The translations under genes were made by a program, and so were the position numbers. A DNA stretch of 64,000 nucleotides, taken from assembly GCF_017348835.2 (NCBI RefSeq), contig NZ_CP071375.1. The stretch is one strand, 5' to 3'. Of this stretch, positions 63,046-64,000 are shown one piece after another. Below the pieces are notes generated by a model, which made no database searches, was not told the origin of the DNA, and saw only the letters and a program-made list of their open reading frames with translations. The stretch comes from Escherichia coli. GTDB lineage: Bacteria; Pseudomonadota; Gammaproteobacteria; Enterobacterales; Enterobacteriaceae. The stretch's first letter is position 1; each line of letters opens with the position of its first letter.

Positions 63046-64000
63046 TCCTGGCCCCAGTCAGGTAATAACTCACCTTTTGTCGAGAAGCGGAAACGGTGTT
63101 GATCCCAGCCTTGTCCAAACAGGGTCAGCACATAGTTGTAATAGGCATCGCTGCCGGGAAAGTTATCGGCCACGCGCTGGCGCTGAACGGCCTGCGCATC
63201 GCGGTTTTGTAAAAAGGGCAGCATGGCGGCAGAAAAACCGACTGGTCCTTTACCCTGCGCTTTCCCCGTAGCCACATCCACTTTTTCCGGCGGATAACCG
63301 TTTTTCTCAGTGAATGTCGCCATCGGTTTAAACCGGTTGAGCATCCGCGCTTTCTGCGGATCGCTGTCAGGCATCATGCCTACCCACATATAAACGCGGA
63401 TAGCGTCGTAGCTGCTGATCAATGTTTTTTCGGCTTTTAGCTGCCAGCCTTTGTCTTTCTCATAGCGCACCCAGTCTGGCGAAAAGCCTTTCGGGGCGGT
63501 TTCCAGCAATAAACGTTGATTGGTTTCGCGCAGCGTAGTCCACGGCGCGCCAAAGCGGGTGAAATACTGCGCCAGCGTCGGCGGCAGGTAGCTGGGGTTA
63601 AAACGCCAGCTGTTATCCTCAGCAAAACCCACTTTGCCCGGTAACAACATGGAACCCAGCCCAGGCACCGTCACCACTTCCTCCCGCGCAATACGTTTTA
63701 GCAACGCGCTGCCGATGTCGGTATAACGCTGCTCTTTCCACAAACGCCCCGCCTCCAGCAACGACCAGGCCATCCAGACATCACCATCGGAGGCCGAATT
63801 GCTGTCCAGCACTTCCCACTTACTGTTCTCTTTCTTGCCCCACAGCCAGGCGGGCAAACGTTCTTTTAAAGAACCCTGAGCGAGATTGTTCTGCGTCCAG
63901 TCGAGAATATTATCGAAAGCTGCACGGTCGTTAGCCGCCAGGGCAAAGAACATGCCGTAACTTTGCCCTTCGGAGGTGGTGATTTTGCGCGCGTCGCTGG
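63027..64000 (-). CDS. bcsZ: endo-1,4-beta-glucanase BcsZ (GH8); 5' end lies outside the window
   Basis: The reading frame is open from the window edge to the stop at 63027, and it overlaps the bcsC start by 19 nt. The visible sequence ...[30 protein letters not shown]... is recognised as BcsZ. Confidence 0.93.
   Translation of the reverse strand, partial: SDARKITTSEGQSYGMFFALAANDRAAFDNILDWTQNNLAQGSLKERLPAWLWGKKENSKWEVLDSNSASDGDVWMAWSLLEAGRLWKEQRYTDIGSALLKRIAREEVVTVPGLGSMLLPGKVGFAEDNSWRFNPSYLPPTLAQYFTRFGAPWTTLRETNQRLLLETAPKGFSPDWVRYEKDKGWQLKAEKTLISSYDAIRVYMWVGMMPDSDPQKARMLNRFKPMATFTEKNGYPPEKVDVATGKAQGKGPVGFSAAMLPFLQNRDAQAVQRQRVADNFPGSDAYYNYVLTLFGQGWDQHRFRFSTKGELLPDWGQECANSH

Overview
This is an Escherichia coli-type chromosomal segment. 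I recognise nearly every long ORF. The order is collinear with the K-12 region yhiL-yhiM-yhiN-pitA-uspB-uspA-dtpB-rsmJ-prlC-rlmJ-gor, then dinQ-agrA-agrB, the ars locus and yhiS-slp-dctR. It continues with the acid fitness island (yhiD-hdeB-hdeA-hdeD-gadE-mdtE-mdtF-gadW-gadY-gadX-gadA). It ends with yhjA(ccp)-treF-yhjB-yhjC-yhjD-yhjE-yhjG-pdeH-kdgK-yhjJ-dctA-pdeK-bcsC-bcsZ (partial). Four differences from the lab-strain layout are visible in the sequence. (1) A roughly 9-kb chu heme uptake and degradation cluster (chuS, chuA / chuT, W, X, Y, U, V) sits between dctR and yhiD, inside the AT-rich acid fitness island. (2) A roughly 1.1-kb single-ORF IS (IS481-like DDE transposase) is inserted between the divergent promoters of the dinQ toxin gene and the agrA sRNA gene. 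(3) arsR and nearly all of arsB are missing, so the ars operator and -35 are fused to the last 16 arsB codons followed by an intact arsC. (4) yhiS is uninterrupted and carries a pentapeptide-repeat core, and the yhiL-like gene is open to the window edge and shows metallophosphoesterase-like motifs. I saw no rRNA, tRNA, CRISPR array or prophage. Several ORF-track starts are N-terminally over-extended and I shortened them. I did not find convincing evidence for a completely new multi-gene system. The best leads are the IS-rewired type I toxin-antitoxin locus, the orphaned arsC, the two uncharacterised AT-rich genes (yhiL-like, yhiS-like), the chu island borders and a few unexplained intergenic stretches. 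All identifications rest on my reading of the sequence and recall of protein families. No database search was run.
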